From assembly GCA_003344405.1 (NCBI GenBank), contig NOWV01000200.1, positions 62,001 through 126,000 on the forward strand: DNA of 64,000 bases, in the 5' to 3' direction. Position 1 is the first letter of the stretch. Each line of letters opens with the position of its first letter. The notes below the pieces were generated by a model. That model saw only the letters and a program-made list of their open reading frames with translations, did no database searches and had not been told where the DNA came from. Both the position numbers and the translations under genes were made by a program. The stretch is from Trichoplax sp. H2 (Eukaryota). Below are positions 1 through 14,379 of this stretch, piece by piece.

Positions 1-827
1 TTGTGAACCTTTCAGAAGGGTAGTTCTTAGGTGTTATAGTAGCAGCGCTATATTCTTACTAGTTCTTTAGGCAGACTAGGGTAGTAATCAATAGAAACAA
101 CTGAAAATAAGTGCTTTACGATAGACGAGCAAACTTGCCAGAAAGTATTCTGTGGCAACATCTGTTTATTAATTCTTGCATTTATAAGAGAATTTGTCTT
201 TTATTCAATTTAAACACCAGTCGTCGAATTAACCATGATATGCTTCAAATTTACTTACTGATTGGCACTCATGGAAATAAGACATTAAAAATAACTACTT
301 AGAAATTTTAGTTGCATCCTAGTCTAACCAGATAATTACGTAACTCTATCATCTCATTATAACTATGTTTTGAAAAATAGAACCTGCAAACAGAGTAAAC
401 TATATTCGCTCCTCTAAACTTCAAAATTTATTAACTAGAACTAGCATATCAATTAGTAACGATATATTATTGTACGAAGGTCATGATTAGGTCAATGATT
501 CAATTCGTAAAGGGTTTAAAACTGAATTAAGCTCTAATAGTCAAGTAGTTCTATTGGAAATTGCTATAGTTCAATCCTGATAGCATTTCGATAAAACATA
601 ATGTGCAATCAGCAGCAATTACAGTTGCAAAGCATCGCATTAATTGAAAACACTGTACACCTGCTAAATCTGATTTCTTAGAAGTTGATCAAATTCATAG
701 ATGTTTATTAAAGTAAGTATTTTATGTACTGCATCAAAGTTAGAACTATATTTCACTACTCATTCATAATATCACTGCATGTTTACCAATAAGTCAGTCA
801 CTAATCGGTACTAAATCATCTCGACGA

Positions 828-3800
828 TTAAACAAGCAACTCAAAAGACATTATCACAGACTTTACAGCCTCATAGCAGTCTAATTTACTGGGTGGAATA
901 ATAAGATGGATAGATTGTAATGGCGATATTTGCTGATATTTTTCATAAAATTTGGAAATAATCATGACTATTTCTTGAGATAGGTTGTTGATATCAGAAC
1001 GAAACACAGGACTGCCATACATTGGTATTGCTATGGAATTCATCGAGTCTGTATGGGCTTTTTCCAAGCAATTCTCAATTCGATCAATGAACCACTAAAA
1101 ATTTACGATCGGCTATTAGTGATATTAAACAAGTGTTTCGTTAAACATAAGGCATCATAATTATTTTCTATACTTTACCGATATCGAGTGATTGAAGCCT
1201 AAAGATGGAATATGGTAAACTCTCTTGCAGCCAAAATAACAACCCTTACTGGTTCCAATTTCATCAATAGTAAGATGTTTTAAATTTTGATGGGAATCAA
1301 AACGGTACTCGAGCCCGCCAATGCGATGTAATACCTTTCCAATTTCCCCAATGTGATATCTTTTCAATTTTATGAAGTTAATGATAGCATCTGCCTATGA
1401 TAATAATTGGAGAGACATTAATCACCTTCATAACATCATTAAATGAGCTTTATACTCAGAGTTCACTGTATGTACGTACTTTAGTACCCTCTTTTTCAAG
1501 ATTTCCTTTTACTAATTTAATGACTTTATCGCTCCTATTATAACCATTATGGGCCAATAACGATGAATAAAGATTTACTTTGGTATTATCTTTCGAAAGA
1601 TTTTCGGTTGTTTCAGAATTAGCATAATTTCTTCCCCTTACTTTCGTATCTTTCTTGGAATAACTGATCTTACTTCGATTACTAATATAAAAAGTACAGT
1701 TATTTTACATCACATTATAAATATAGCAAAGTATTAGCGATAATAAATTAGCATGAATATTGACAGATATAAGCTACATAATCTTCATTATTTATAGGTT
1801 TACTCTACCATTAGATATTTGACTATAATCTAATCCGTTTCCTACTTACTTTTCACGTTCATAATATATCATCGCATATACGCTTTCTTTTTCATCTTGT
1901 AAACTACCTAATTCAGCTTGGCTACCATCGATGCTTTGAGCAGCTTCTCTTGTACAAATGGTTTCGCTATTTTCTCCATCAGTTCTGCTTTGGTTATTTG
2001 GTTCCTTGAGCTCGCACGAAGCAGTAGCTTGATTAGGCTGTCTGTATTGAATTATAGTAGTCCTATTAGTAATAAATGACTATTTCAAATCTGATCAGAG
2101 CATGACTCTGGTTATGTAATGCGCCTGAATACTTTTCAGTCAAAATATCTCGTATGAATTATCAATTTCATGATAGTATAGCTGTGCTTTTACTGACATT
2201 TAAAATTCTCTTAAGTGAAACTGCAAACGGCTGTACTCACTCTTCGCAATTATCTTTATTCACATCAGCAAAAATTCGTTTTTCATCTTTTAACTGATCC
2301 ATTTCAAGATTGCAATGAGAAGTGTTTTCAGACATTGTGTTCAAATTATGAGTATCGTTGCCTTGTCGAATTGTGGTTTCTTCGTCTCGCTGATTGATGT
2401 CGCTAGAATTAATTGGAATTTATACATAATAATTAGAAAGCCACAAAAATATCATTTTTAGCAATTCTGCATGATGCAGCATTACTTGCGTCACTGAAAT
2501 TATTCATTTTAACATCTAAATTTCAACCTGACCTAAAAATTTGAACAAAGACTTAATGGCGATCAAAATTTAATGGGAATCACTTATGCTACCTACATTT
2601 GGCATTCAACATAAGTCGTAGCAATTGCATCTTCTTCCTCATTTAGCGAAACTTTGACTTTACCATCATCACCAAAAATGTCCTGAGACATTAATTTTGC
2701 GCGCAGCATTTCATTGCTTTCTATGTCACTGCTTTTATCAATCAGTTCTCTCATCTTCTTAGCAATGACTGATGAAAATACTTGACTACATTTAATGGAT
2801 ATGTTTGCATAGTGTTCATTGATCATCTCAAATTGAACATTACAGCCGCATAATTGTTCCAGCAATTGAAGCTCTTCTGGCAAATACAATTGCAAATATT
2901 TCGTGTATAATGTTGGAGCATTCGGAATTATATAATCAATGACTTTATAACTATTTAAGTTACATTGAATGATTTTAACCACATTAGAAACATCGCATCG
3001 ACTTCCAGTGACGATAATTTTACAGAAGTTAAAATTGTCGCTGCATTCACCTTCCAGATGAATATCATTACTTGCAGTTAAAGAATTTCTTAATCCATTC
3101 ATAAACATATGGAAATCCGGCCGAGAGAATAGGTTATCAATATCGACTCTGGTTACTTGGCTGCAAAACATTTCTCTCATACTAGAGAGAGCTTGCTGAT
3201 AGGCCTTTGCGTTAAGGGCAACGATGGACACCGACTGATTGCCACCATTAGACATGATACCAGCTTTAACGTCATTAAACCGCAGGTATTCGTTAATTAG
3301 CATTTGCTTTTCAAGACTTAAAGCTATAAAAGTTGATATTTGATGTTGTAAATCTTTATGGCTATCGCAAATAAAGCAGTTAGTATAACTTGATAGCATT
3401 TTACTGATGTGCTCTTGATCTTCAGGGGCCATATGCACAATCAATCGAATACTTCTATCATTATTTATATCAGTATACTGGAAACGGGTATCACAGCCAT
3501 TTTCCTTTAATCTTTCTTCTAACTCAGTCTGCTGAATAAGAAAATGCACAACAGTGGATATTTCAAGTTCTTGTTGAACCATTATGACATTGCCGTGTGA
3601 CTCCGAATCGACTTGGTCGGAAAAATCTATTCCCATTTGATCACAATCTGCTGATACACCTGTTAATTTATCATTCGCTTTACTACATTCTTGAGCAAGC
3701 CGATATTGTACCGCCATGCAAGTTAAATCGCCATAACCTATAATTACCACAGATGATAGGATAAATATCAATTTCGGAAAACGATAGAATGATCTATGAC

Positions 3801-6091
3801 GACATCAATGACTTTAGGCTCGATTTTTCCATATTATTTTGATTAGGTGCAGTCAAGAGATTCTATCCCTCTACATAAACGATTATTACGGTAACTATGA
3901 ATTAAACTGTCTACGTTATATTTAAATTAGAAATTGCTTGATTTCGAAGAGGATACTCCAAGTTTTAACTCCTAATAATTCAATTCGGTTGACCACTTTG
4001 TCAAATACTGATTAATTATTTAGGACTTTCATCATCATCATCCGAAATTGCTGGTGCATGACTCATTTCCTTAATAGGTTATATACAGTACCTTTGGAGC
4101 AGTTTCGGTAGTCATTTGGTGTTTTCTCATTATTTTCGTGTACTTTCAGATTTTGGTGGCCATTTTTTCGAAGATCTTTTTTATCTTCATGCTTCACTAC
4201 TGGCACTTCTTCGGATACTTGAGAAATACCTTATTTACCTTCAAGGTTCGCTACAGGCATATCTCCGGATACTTGCGAGATAGCTTTTTTATCTTCATGC
4301 TTTACCATTAGCTCATTTTCTGCTACTTGCAATCGACTTGACTTACTTTCACAATCTTCTATTTCCATATTCTCAGAATCACTTAAAAGCGTTGCAGATA
4401 GGAGAGAATCTCTACTGAATCGAAATTTTTGAGTCCCTTCGTACCACTGCTTTCTATCTTCCGTGTTAATCTTTTGACGTACTTTATAAACTACTTCATT
4501 GATAGTATCAGCAATCATGGGATTATCATGGATTTCCAGTGATATCGGCTTGTCATCAATAATTTCAAAGTTTTCTAGGCACAGCATAGCAATAGCCGCT
4601 TCCGATTGCTGACGATACGCAACTAGCCTAAAAGATTGGAAATAATTTTGAGAAAATGTTTTTTACTGGAGCTTGAAAAATTCTAAATTCGAATTCGCCA
4701 GCTTAAATTGATATCCTTCAAGTTATAAAATTCAATAACTAAGATTGACTGAGCGCATTAGATTACTGTAATAATTCTTTATTTCGAGTACTTGTATCGA
4801 TGCTTCAGAGCTATTACTAATTAATCTATTAAATGCATTAAGATAAAAAGACATTATTTAAACAAGCATCAGATAGACTTCTATAAAGGTTATCAAAGTG
4901 ATGACGTGCAACCCCAAAGTATCACGTAAGATTGCAAAAATGACTTCATATAATTTAGTAACATGATTATTAACTGCTATAAATTCAATCCCTACACTTC
5001 TTCATGGTTTAGTCTATACAGCTCTTCTACTTTTCCGACTTGGCCAAACAAATGCAATAGTTCCATCTGGATTTAGTAGTAGTAAAATAAATAGTATCAT
5101 ATTGATGAGAGTATAGTAAGCTTGACCTATATGCTATAGTGTCGTTAAGAATTGAAAATCTTTATTATTCTAGGGTAAAACCTGCTCTATTGCTTTTGGG
5201 ATGTTATTCACTTTGATAGTTGTTCTTAAATTCTTTAAAGTGTCAGATGGTAAATTTTCTTTAGCGAAAGCTTTTCTGTAAGTGCAGAAATTAAAAGAAA
5301 TCCTTTGGCAACATTGTCATAACGTACTTAAATCTAAAGGCCAATTACATTAATTTACTTTATCAATCTTAATGATCATCAGCCAGAAGGTTAATTAAAA
5401 ATAGATTGGACATACATGATTTCTGTTTCCATTGCATAAAAGCAGCCTCCTCGAAGCCGATCTAATGCTATCATTTCATCTTTGACTTTTTTTTCCACTT
5501 TATTTCGGACTTTTAGAGATAATTCTAGTGGTAAATAAACGACTAAGCCTAATTTGCTATTCCCAACTTTATTTCCCCTCAAGTTTACCATCAACTGAAT
5601 GACTTGCTTTCGTTTAGCGACTCCAATTTTCCTATTCACAATAGAAAGTTCTGTTAGACGTTAAATGCCATCCATCTCTCTTACCGAACTGCTTTCAACT
5701 GTCCTAGAAGAAGCTACTTAGCTAGATCTATAGCTAAATTGGAACTTAATTAACATCGTACAGTGGTGGAGACAAATCACTGTGCTGATATAATCCAGAA
5801 TCTGTTATTTCTATAAGCTGCTAGAGACTATTAAAATCAGTCTTCTATTCCGAAATTTTCATGAAAAGCAAGGACGTTTTAATGATATGTACTAGATTAG
5901 ATCAACTTCTTGCCGTATTGCTTCTGTCTCATTTTATTTTCTAATTAGGATTTGATAATAATACAAACACTGTCAATTTCTTTTCAGTTCAGTACTTACG
6001 CAAATCGCCAATCATCTTTTCCTGTTCCTATGTATTTGTAAAATTTAATACGAGCTTCACTTATAATTTCATGGACTTGAATTTCAAATTC
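828..6091 (-). CDS. Paralog A: PARP14-family-derived protein, RRM-RRM-KH-like-macrodomain, ending without WWE/ART domains (5' end not located)
   Basis: Phase-consistent GT-AG exons: 6091-6000, 5631-5416, 5275-5182, 5066-4996, 4627-4239, 3737-2597, 2402-2241, 2062-1850, 1681-1480, 1394-1179, 1094-828. RRM-like TIKVNNIPKAIEQMELLHLFGQVGKVEELY...VAYRQQSEAAIAMLCLENF. Macro-like VIKLVKGNLEKEG-TKADAIINF...CKRVYHIP...SIAIPMYGS...LQSIHLII. Homologous to C and D exon by exon. Confidence 0.8.
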
Positions 6092-6284
6092 CTTTAGTAT
6101 TTTAAGCATTGTTTAAAAATTTCAGGTAAATAAACATTTTGAAGAAGTTCATTACTATAAATGCTAATAATTATAATTGTAAATTTGAACTTTCAATGTT
6201 ATTGCCACTTGATATTTTTGTTGTTCAATAGCACCGCCTTTGCTATGGCTGCAAATATGATGAAATTGATCATTTGAACGAAAA

Positions 6285-7075
6285 ATTGCAATATTTGAAG
6301 AAGAAACTCATTCAGGAGTCAGTCTACTAAGTTATGTTGAAAATGGCAACTATTTTAAGCAAGACGATGAAACATAAGAAAAGAAACTAAGCCAAGACTC
6401 ATTCTACTTGACTAGTTTGAAAGTAAAACGCTCATCACTACCAGAGCTAAAAATATTAATAATTGTATTTTAGACCATCAATGTCATTACTGCTCTACTT
6501 GATATTTGCATGGCAACATCCTTTATAAAATTAATCAATACAGGCAAAGATTATGATATAAGAAAAAGGAGCTTATTTAGGAGTCAGTCTACTGGGTTGC
6601 TAGTTTAATTGCAAGGGAGAAACGATGGAACGGTAATTAGTGTACAATATTAAGATGCCCATTCAGAAGTCTATATATTGAATTATTTTGAAAATAGAAA
6701 CTATTTTAATCTATTACTAGAGGCAAGAGATTGCAATATAAGAAAAAGCTAATTTAAGACTCATACTGGTGGGTCAGTACTAATCTTGGTAAAGCTAATA
6801 GTTGATTTTTAACTAACTAATCAGCGTGATGCTAATCATTATAGCGAAAGATTGTAGTATGGGGAAAAATACATATTCAGGAATCAGACTATTTGAACAT
6901 TGGCCGTAACCTATATGCAGTAGTAACAAATAATCTAGCAGTGAATTTTCTTTAATGTCCTGCTCTGTGTATCTAATGTAATTAATCATTTCAAGTGAAA
7001 GATTGCAGTACATGAATAGCGACTTGCTCTAGAATTAGTCTACCAAATTATTCAGAAAGGAAAGCAATTGTAAAT
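6285..7075. repeat. Degenerate ~70-80-bp repeat family (~6 copies here, 2 more at ~15255-15400)
   Basis: Motif ~gattgcaatataagaaaa...ctcattcaggagtcagtctac...ttatt.gaaaat near 6286, 6367, 6549, 6640, 6729 and 7000, and again near 15260 and 15322. Confidence 0.65.
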
Positions 7076-9839
7076 ACAGTACTGGTACGTAACCAACTTG
7101 CCAAGGTAAACTTTAATCTAATCTGCCTAAACATGATTACTAAGTCCTAAAAGATGTTGTAATGTCTATTAGACAATCATTACAAATGGAAGCCTCATTC
7201 AGCTTTCCTATACGTTACCTGCAGGACATCGTGTTCAATTCCACATACATACAAGCAATGCTCTTTTGATCTATAATATGCATTAGAATAATAGTTTGCT
7301 TGAAATTAACCGATTGCATCGCTACGATAGTACAGCAATAATACGTAATGACAATAATATGGGTAACATGAGGAAGGTAGACAGTGTAAGTTATCTTTAC
7401 GCCATCTGTTCCTGATGGCGAACTAATCTGTAATCGCAGTAGCGTATGTTAACTATTACAATCTCTTTCAATTTTCTATTTGGCAACGGTATCGCATAGC
7501 ATAGCACATCCAAAATACGCGATTAATTAAGAACTAAATTAAATGAACGAAAGCATTAGTCAAATTAAAAAAAAATCTTAATATGTTGATTAACTAGCCT
7601 TTATTACCCTCTAATGTTAAAACTAAATCTCGAATAGCAGTAGTTTAAATATTCGAGGTCTTTTAACTACTGGCCAATTTGATCGAGATATCAAGGTAAC
7701 TATTGTACTTGATCGAGCAACTCATTTTAAAGTATAAAGACTAGGAAGAAGCGGTAAAATAGGTAATAAAATGCAGCAATGTTATATTGCCACCAGGTTT
7801 AAGCAACATGTAACAAAGAAGCTGTCGACATGGTAGAAAGTCTAAACGGTAAACGGTCACGATAGAAAGCCATCGCGTTAAAAAATTATTTTGTCTGCGT
7901 AATTCTAATGAATCAAATTACAATGACAAGAATTGCAATGATCAATTAATTATAGCGATGCCGTTTATGCAGCGGTGCAACAGACTCAATGATTTTGTTG
8001 AACAAACCTTGCTGAAGCCATTTGTAATAGTTAAAGGTGTAGTTGCAAGTTGATCGAAATTATTAAAGGATCGAATCGTCTACAAAATTAATGATTATAA
8101 AATACAAGCAAGCTAAAAAATCAAACGGTGATCAATTAGCGTAGGCTAGGCTACCTAATTGTTAAAACTAGCTGAATAATTCGCGTTTATTCTTAATCAA
8201 ATAATCCCTAAATCAGGCAACCCCTACTGAGCAAAGTACCCTTTTCGTAGCCTACCAAGGTGTTGATTTTCTGACCTTTCACTGATCGAAAGTAAAGTTA
8301 GGCCTGTTTAACTTTCTAAGCAAGTTATAACAAACAAGGCTATTCTCTGTATAGAAGACAATCAATTTGCAATGCCTCTTAAACTTGTTACTATGCTCTA
8401 CTTCAAAATACCTTATCGCATGGATTTTGATATGTAATAGCTTCTATTTAAACGAACCCTGGCGTTCTGTATAAGAATGCTAGAATATAATCTCTCCCTT
8501 TTATTTTGAGATTAGTTGCACGTTTACAAATGTCAAGAAAGAATCTAAATGTTCCTCTTTTTTTTGTAGAGAATATTTTTCGTTGCTAATAACATATCGT
8601 ACTCTGCACCGATTGCAAAAAGTAAAATTGCAATCATGAAGCAATAAAATACACATTCCATCAAGGTATTTGTTAGATACGCTGGGGTGATTTGGAAGGC
8701 GTGGTAATGAAGTGTTGGGGAACTTGCCTTGGTTACCGCATCAATTAGATTTGCTTACAATGCCTGCTAGCCAATAAGTTGCAGTGTCAGCATTTTTGAA
8801 GAATTATTCTAATAATGAACTCGAGTGATAGGATATTGTTTCGGTATAGATCGAGATTATTTTTTAACTTATGGATTGTATTAAAAAGGTGTTACCAACT
8901 CAAGAATGAGTAATGCAAGAAGATACCACAAGGCTCTGTAATAACATCGGAAAGAATTGTAAGCTTTAACAAGCTTTGATGCCTCGCTATATAAGCAAGT
9001 GAATATATAGTTGTAAGAAAATCACTCCAATGCTCAAATGTTTTATGTTTGAATATCAAGATGGAGAAAGAAGACAGAGTCAGTTTCGACGATGATGTAC
9101 ATCTAATATAGGGAATATAAGCAGTCAAGAATGTCATTTGTCCAAACAGTAATACGATCACATCAAGCAGAGATCACAATTTTTTTCATATACCCATTCC
9201 ATAATTAAGAGAAGGGTTACTTTCAAATCGTCCCCAATCGTTATCTATCGTATGAATTAGAACAAGCACAACAGAAATCGACTAATGAAGAGTACTAATG
9301 TAAATTTTAACCTTTAAATAGAATTCGTATAGACAACAATCTAGTAAAATCGACAGGAATCTTCCACATTCATGAAATGTCTTCAATGTAAGAAATAATG
9401 AATTAAATACATTCTTTCCATTTGAAATGATGAAATGAACTTGACACCAGCAAATATCACCATTATTTTATGATGCATTAATCAGAGTAGGGTATATTTC
9501 CGATTTTTCAAAAGAATACTGGTGCAAAGTAGTTCTAAAATATCTCCTAAACCGAATTTATTATCTACTAGACTTCTTCGAATAGACAAAATCAAATAGA
9601 TTTAGCCGCTGCACTTTTTATTTCCTATATTTCGGATAGTTGTACATTTATGAATACCTGAACTCTGGGCTTTCAAAATTTTGACCACAGTGCAATTTTA
9701 ACTAAATAACGACATTATAGTGATTTTGTAAAATGACGGATTTTAAAAAAAAAAATGCTGTAACACAACTACCACGCTTAGGCGGCTGTAATGATCTATG
9801 CATTCGTATATTAGTAATTTGAACTAACTTGTCTATTAC

Positions 9840-11478
9840 GTCTTATTTAGTTTTATTCCGCTTAGATTAGAAAGTTCTCCTGGTTGATATACCAAATGAA
9901 ATAGTTTTACCAGTAACAAAAAGTTTGAAGTAGTAACAAATTATACATACGCTCGTATATTCTAAAGTATATAACTTCTCACTTGATGTAGATCAGTTGG
10001 AAGATCCATTATTTTGATCGAAGCCGGACCATAATCGAATTTATAGTCCTTTAGTAAATTGATGGTTTCTACTTTCCTAACGAAAAGTAAGGTTGACAGC
10101 GTTAATTTACCGAACAGCCTCAAATATTATTAATAATGAAAGATTTCAAAGAAGCAATTTTCATAAGTCTTTTTCCAAAAATATCGTATTAGTTTTCTTT
10201 ACTTTGTTTTAAAATGCAATTAGCGACAGATGAAATTTACTGTTTTCAATCATCTTATCATAGTAGCATCCATGCTTTACATTATTTACCTTTTTCATAC
10301 AATTCTTTACCATCCCGTTAAGCCTCCTTCTTTCATCCAAAGACAATCCCAGGAGCCTAAATATTCGTAAACGAAGAAAAGTATTACTTAGCTGCACTCT
10401 TCTCAGGCTGACCATTAATTTTAATTACATCTTCTTCAGAGTTATCTTCTATATGCCTGTATTTTGAAAATAGCATCAAATCATCAAAGTTACATCAACG
10501 TATTTCTAAGCATCAAATCTAGAATTTTATGTAGCTTATGGCGTATTATAAATGAATGTCAATCTATAATTATATATAATCAAAATCTCATGTGATGGAG
10601 TTAATTTATTAAAACAGAATTTATGGTAATAAGTACTAGGTGTTAATTAATCCTTGCCACTGAAAAGCAATTATTTAAATATGGTTAATAATTTCAATGA
10701 TAATGCATTTATTAAATATCTCCATGAAAATATCTTAATGTAAGATAAGTAGTTATACTGTATTACATATGTTAGTACAGTAGATTGCTTTTACATATTT
10801 AGAATTTTTATTATGTGTTAAGCATCTATTACACCATATACTGTATGTTGAGTTGCACATTGCCTGATTCTCCTAGATTTCCCATGGGTTCATGACATAC
10901 TGTTGCACAATTGCAAGCATTTTATATTCGCCTAAAATGCAATTTCACTCTTGTAATTTATAAACTTTACATTATCTACAGATTGTACGAGGTTTAATAC
11001 TTGACTCAAGCAGTATTACAAACCACATACACAACAATGGTAAGCTTGTTCCTAAGCTCAAATGATACATCTAAGCTTAGGAACTAGTGCACTATACTTT
11101 CGAGCTTTGTAGCTAAGCGTAAAGGGTCAATCAAATAAGCAACATTCACTTGGTCTAGTTAGCTGTATATGCCCAATATTACTTAATTTCATCTCGCTCC
11201 TAGCCGCAAAATAGAGTTGTCCTCTGACGAATTTTTAGATCGTTCCTGCTAGTACATGCTTGGATGTCTGCAGTCTATATCAGTAAAGTCTAATGCTAGT
11301 TCTAGTCTGATGTCGAGTTTTGTGCATTATCCAAGTACATTGGTTTTAAAAATGAAATCAACTTTATGGCCAACTCTAGTTACCCTCGTACTTACGCAAA
11401 CTTCCAGCATGTTCTCTTACTGCCTATGTAACGATCTCAAGCTTTATTTCGAACATAATATCTGGCAATTCCAAAGTC
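9840..11478 (-). pseudogene. psiG: decayed 5' (RRM) fragment of another paralog
   Basis: Four exon remnants matching A/C/D. ~11478-11396 (...YIGSKRTCWKFA|gt, in-frame stop upstream). 10456-10241 (HIEDNSEEDVIK[+1]LMVSLRRVQLSNTFLRLRIF...GCYYDKMIEN). 10076-9983 (94 nt, KVETINLLKDYKFDYGPASIKIMDLPTDLHQ). 9910-9840 (71 nt, VKLFHLVYQPGELSNL; acceptor reads TG instead of AG). No downstream macro/ART exons recognised. Confidence 0.75.
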
Positions 11479-14379
11479 TTTGCAGGTTTTCTTAACTTGT
11501 CGTTCAAATTTCTAAAATTTTATATCGTAAGAAACAGACCTTATTCAAACCAATTAAAGGTAACTATTTCTCAGTCATATAAAGTTTAGTATCAAGAAAT
11601 AAAAAAACTGCCTAGAAAAAAAGTTAGATAACCTCATCTATAGCAATTACATAATTGGAAAGCATACTAGCAGTGTTTATAGATGGTAAAGATTGTAAAA
11701 CAGATAAATATTTAATATGCAAGACTATTATTATCGGAATTGTGCTACAAGAAGTTGAGCTTGCATTTTGTATAAACTCTTAATTTTGCAATATATATAT
11801 GGTGTCGAATATCAAATATATTTTAATAGCTTACCTTATTATCAAGAAATTTAAAATATCATCTTACCAACGAAATTATCTAGCTATATATTCCATTTAG
11901 TTAATTGAAAATTACCTCAGTTATCTGATTATCTATTCCAAAGGCGTAAATTGTAAATTGCTGTCGATCAATACTGCAAAAATAAAAAATAATAATCGAT
12001 TTAATATCTCAATCCGATTGGTTATAAATCAAGGTCAGCAATATTATTTTATTATCATTACATAAACTGATTGCTGACTGTTCTATATTTCTTGATTTAT
12101 TTGGCAATATCACTAATTATTAATTTCTCAGTAAGCAAGTAAAGCCAGCATTTTATAAAGTCATTTTTACCTCCGTGTCGGAGTTTATGAGTTCTTTAAA
12201 ATCAGTAACTTCTAAACTGAACAGTTACTAAAGTTTCTAAAGTTAGCAAATATCTAAATTAATCTCTATTTACGGAGAACTTGAGAGGTAGTGACACTGA
12301 CATTACAAAAATAGAATCCGGTTGCAAGATTAGAGCTGTGCCGAGTTATGAAGTCGGTCGTTGTAAAATAGTAGATAAAATATTTAATAGCATTCTCTTA
12401 ATTAAACCCTAATCTACAACAATTTTTAGAAGGTCAACATTGGCGCTTTCATGTATATTACATCACGTTATGCGTATTAAAATTAAGTGGTACCGATAAT
12501 AGACTAAAAGGTGGAAGAGCAAAGCAAACATATGTGTTATCAGCTAAATTTTAATATCGGCGTTTACCGTAACTTCTAGACTGTTCATAATTCTATTTAA
12601 ACTAGAGCAACTTAATGAAGAAGCATAAGTATATCTATAGCTGTATATTGATATATTTATTCATTTTCAACTTGATAGGTAAAAATTGCGCTTATTTAGA
12701 TTTCTATGAGTAATTCCAAGACTGTTAGTTGACTTTCTTCTTAAGAAATTTTGGTAGTACAATTCTATTACTTTTCTTTCACTGCTAATTATTAACGGAT
12801 CGTCGATGTCGCCTTCTGATACAATTTTAACTTTTCTATCCAAGTAATTTCGGCATTGGCGACAATGATATTGCAATAAAATTTATCAAAGACTTATAAA
12901 TTCTCAATACATTTTACTCAATTCTAAATTCAGGTTAACACCATTGCTAAGACTAATTTCCTATCTTCAATTTATAAGTATACCGGAACCAGTTTTTTTC
13001 ATAAACTAAGGAGAAATCAAATTTCGATCCAGTTTCAGTACTGTTCACAAGTTACTAAGTTCCGAATGTCTTATATCTAGAATGATCGATTCTAATCTTA
13101 AACGTTTAAACTGGAAAAGGAATATTAATGGACATTGTATTGTAGTAATTACGAAAGCGTATAAAATTAGCCGGTCTTATCGACTCAAAGGTTTGAAAGG
13201 GTTGTTACTAATCAAGAAAGATATTGGACCGATAGTACTCTGGAGACTTTAGAAAGTGGATTCTTAACAGCGATTAAAATAGTTGAATATTAGATATCAT
13301 CAAAGATAAAAAGAAGTTTAGTTGTTCAGCATATAGCCCTACTCTGCTCATCTACTCTGTATCTCTGCTGATACTTTTCGTATACCGTGACTAAAGTTTT
13401 GTCAACTTTGTTCACATTTAGTTAATTTAATACGAGTCCGATAGTTGTTAATTTTGACAAAACAATTTTTGTCTGTTTAAAGGAAGCCATATGGCTTTAT
13501 ATCAATTTTACGACTGAATTAGGGTCAATATAATGGAAATTGAAAAGCCAGCTTTACAATCCACCATGGGCCGTATAAACCGACCTTGTATCAAGCTATA
13601 TATAAAAGTTAGCAAAATTCAATCGAAAAAACAAGATGCGGATCTCAAACATGACTGGAAGGAATTTTTGTTACGATAATCAACCTTTCAATGTAATGTA
13701 TTATAGCTATTTTGTAGCATTAATAACTCATAGACTGATATAATTTGATTAATAGAGATTTATAGCAAGCGATATTAATATCAGAATTAACGATCATATC
13801 ATACTTTTAATCACAAAGACGCATTTTTTAAGGACAGGTAGGTATAACTCTATTCTGTCCTCATTTACCGCAGTTAGTGAAAGCAATCCTATCTCTTAAA
13901 ACTTAGTTTAAACCAATAGCTATCTACATCATTCAATTTTAAAGCTGTAAACATACTCGTAAGTACTAATTGCACCATATCAATCTATGTATTAAGATTG
14001 TTATTCACTCTAAATTCTTTCGTAAACATTGAAAATTGTTGATCCGTTTTATAAAATATCATATTGTCTAGAAAGCAATCCCAAGCATAAATGACGTAAT
14101 TTTTTTTTAGGATAATTGAGCGCGGGTATACCTACCGAAAGTAAATTATTCTCACTAGGTGAATAGCTGCCATATTAGCTCATGAATTTAAATGGAACGG
14201 AAGTCAATATTTGTAGCTGCAGCGTATATTAATGCTTTTGTTATATGGTTATTATTATTCTAATTAGTATTATTTTAATGATTCTTATTGTTAGCAAATG
14301 AAGTATGGTATATAGCCATGATAAATTTGATTTGGTGACGTGGCAGCAGATGAGTGAAAGAGAGCAAGCAATAGCATAC

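Noticed and set aside
5960..5995. ISRE-like or kB-like promoter motifs (also ~58660)
   Set aside because: Short degenerate matches are expected by chance in AT-rich DNA, and this one lies in an intron of A.
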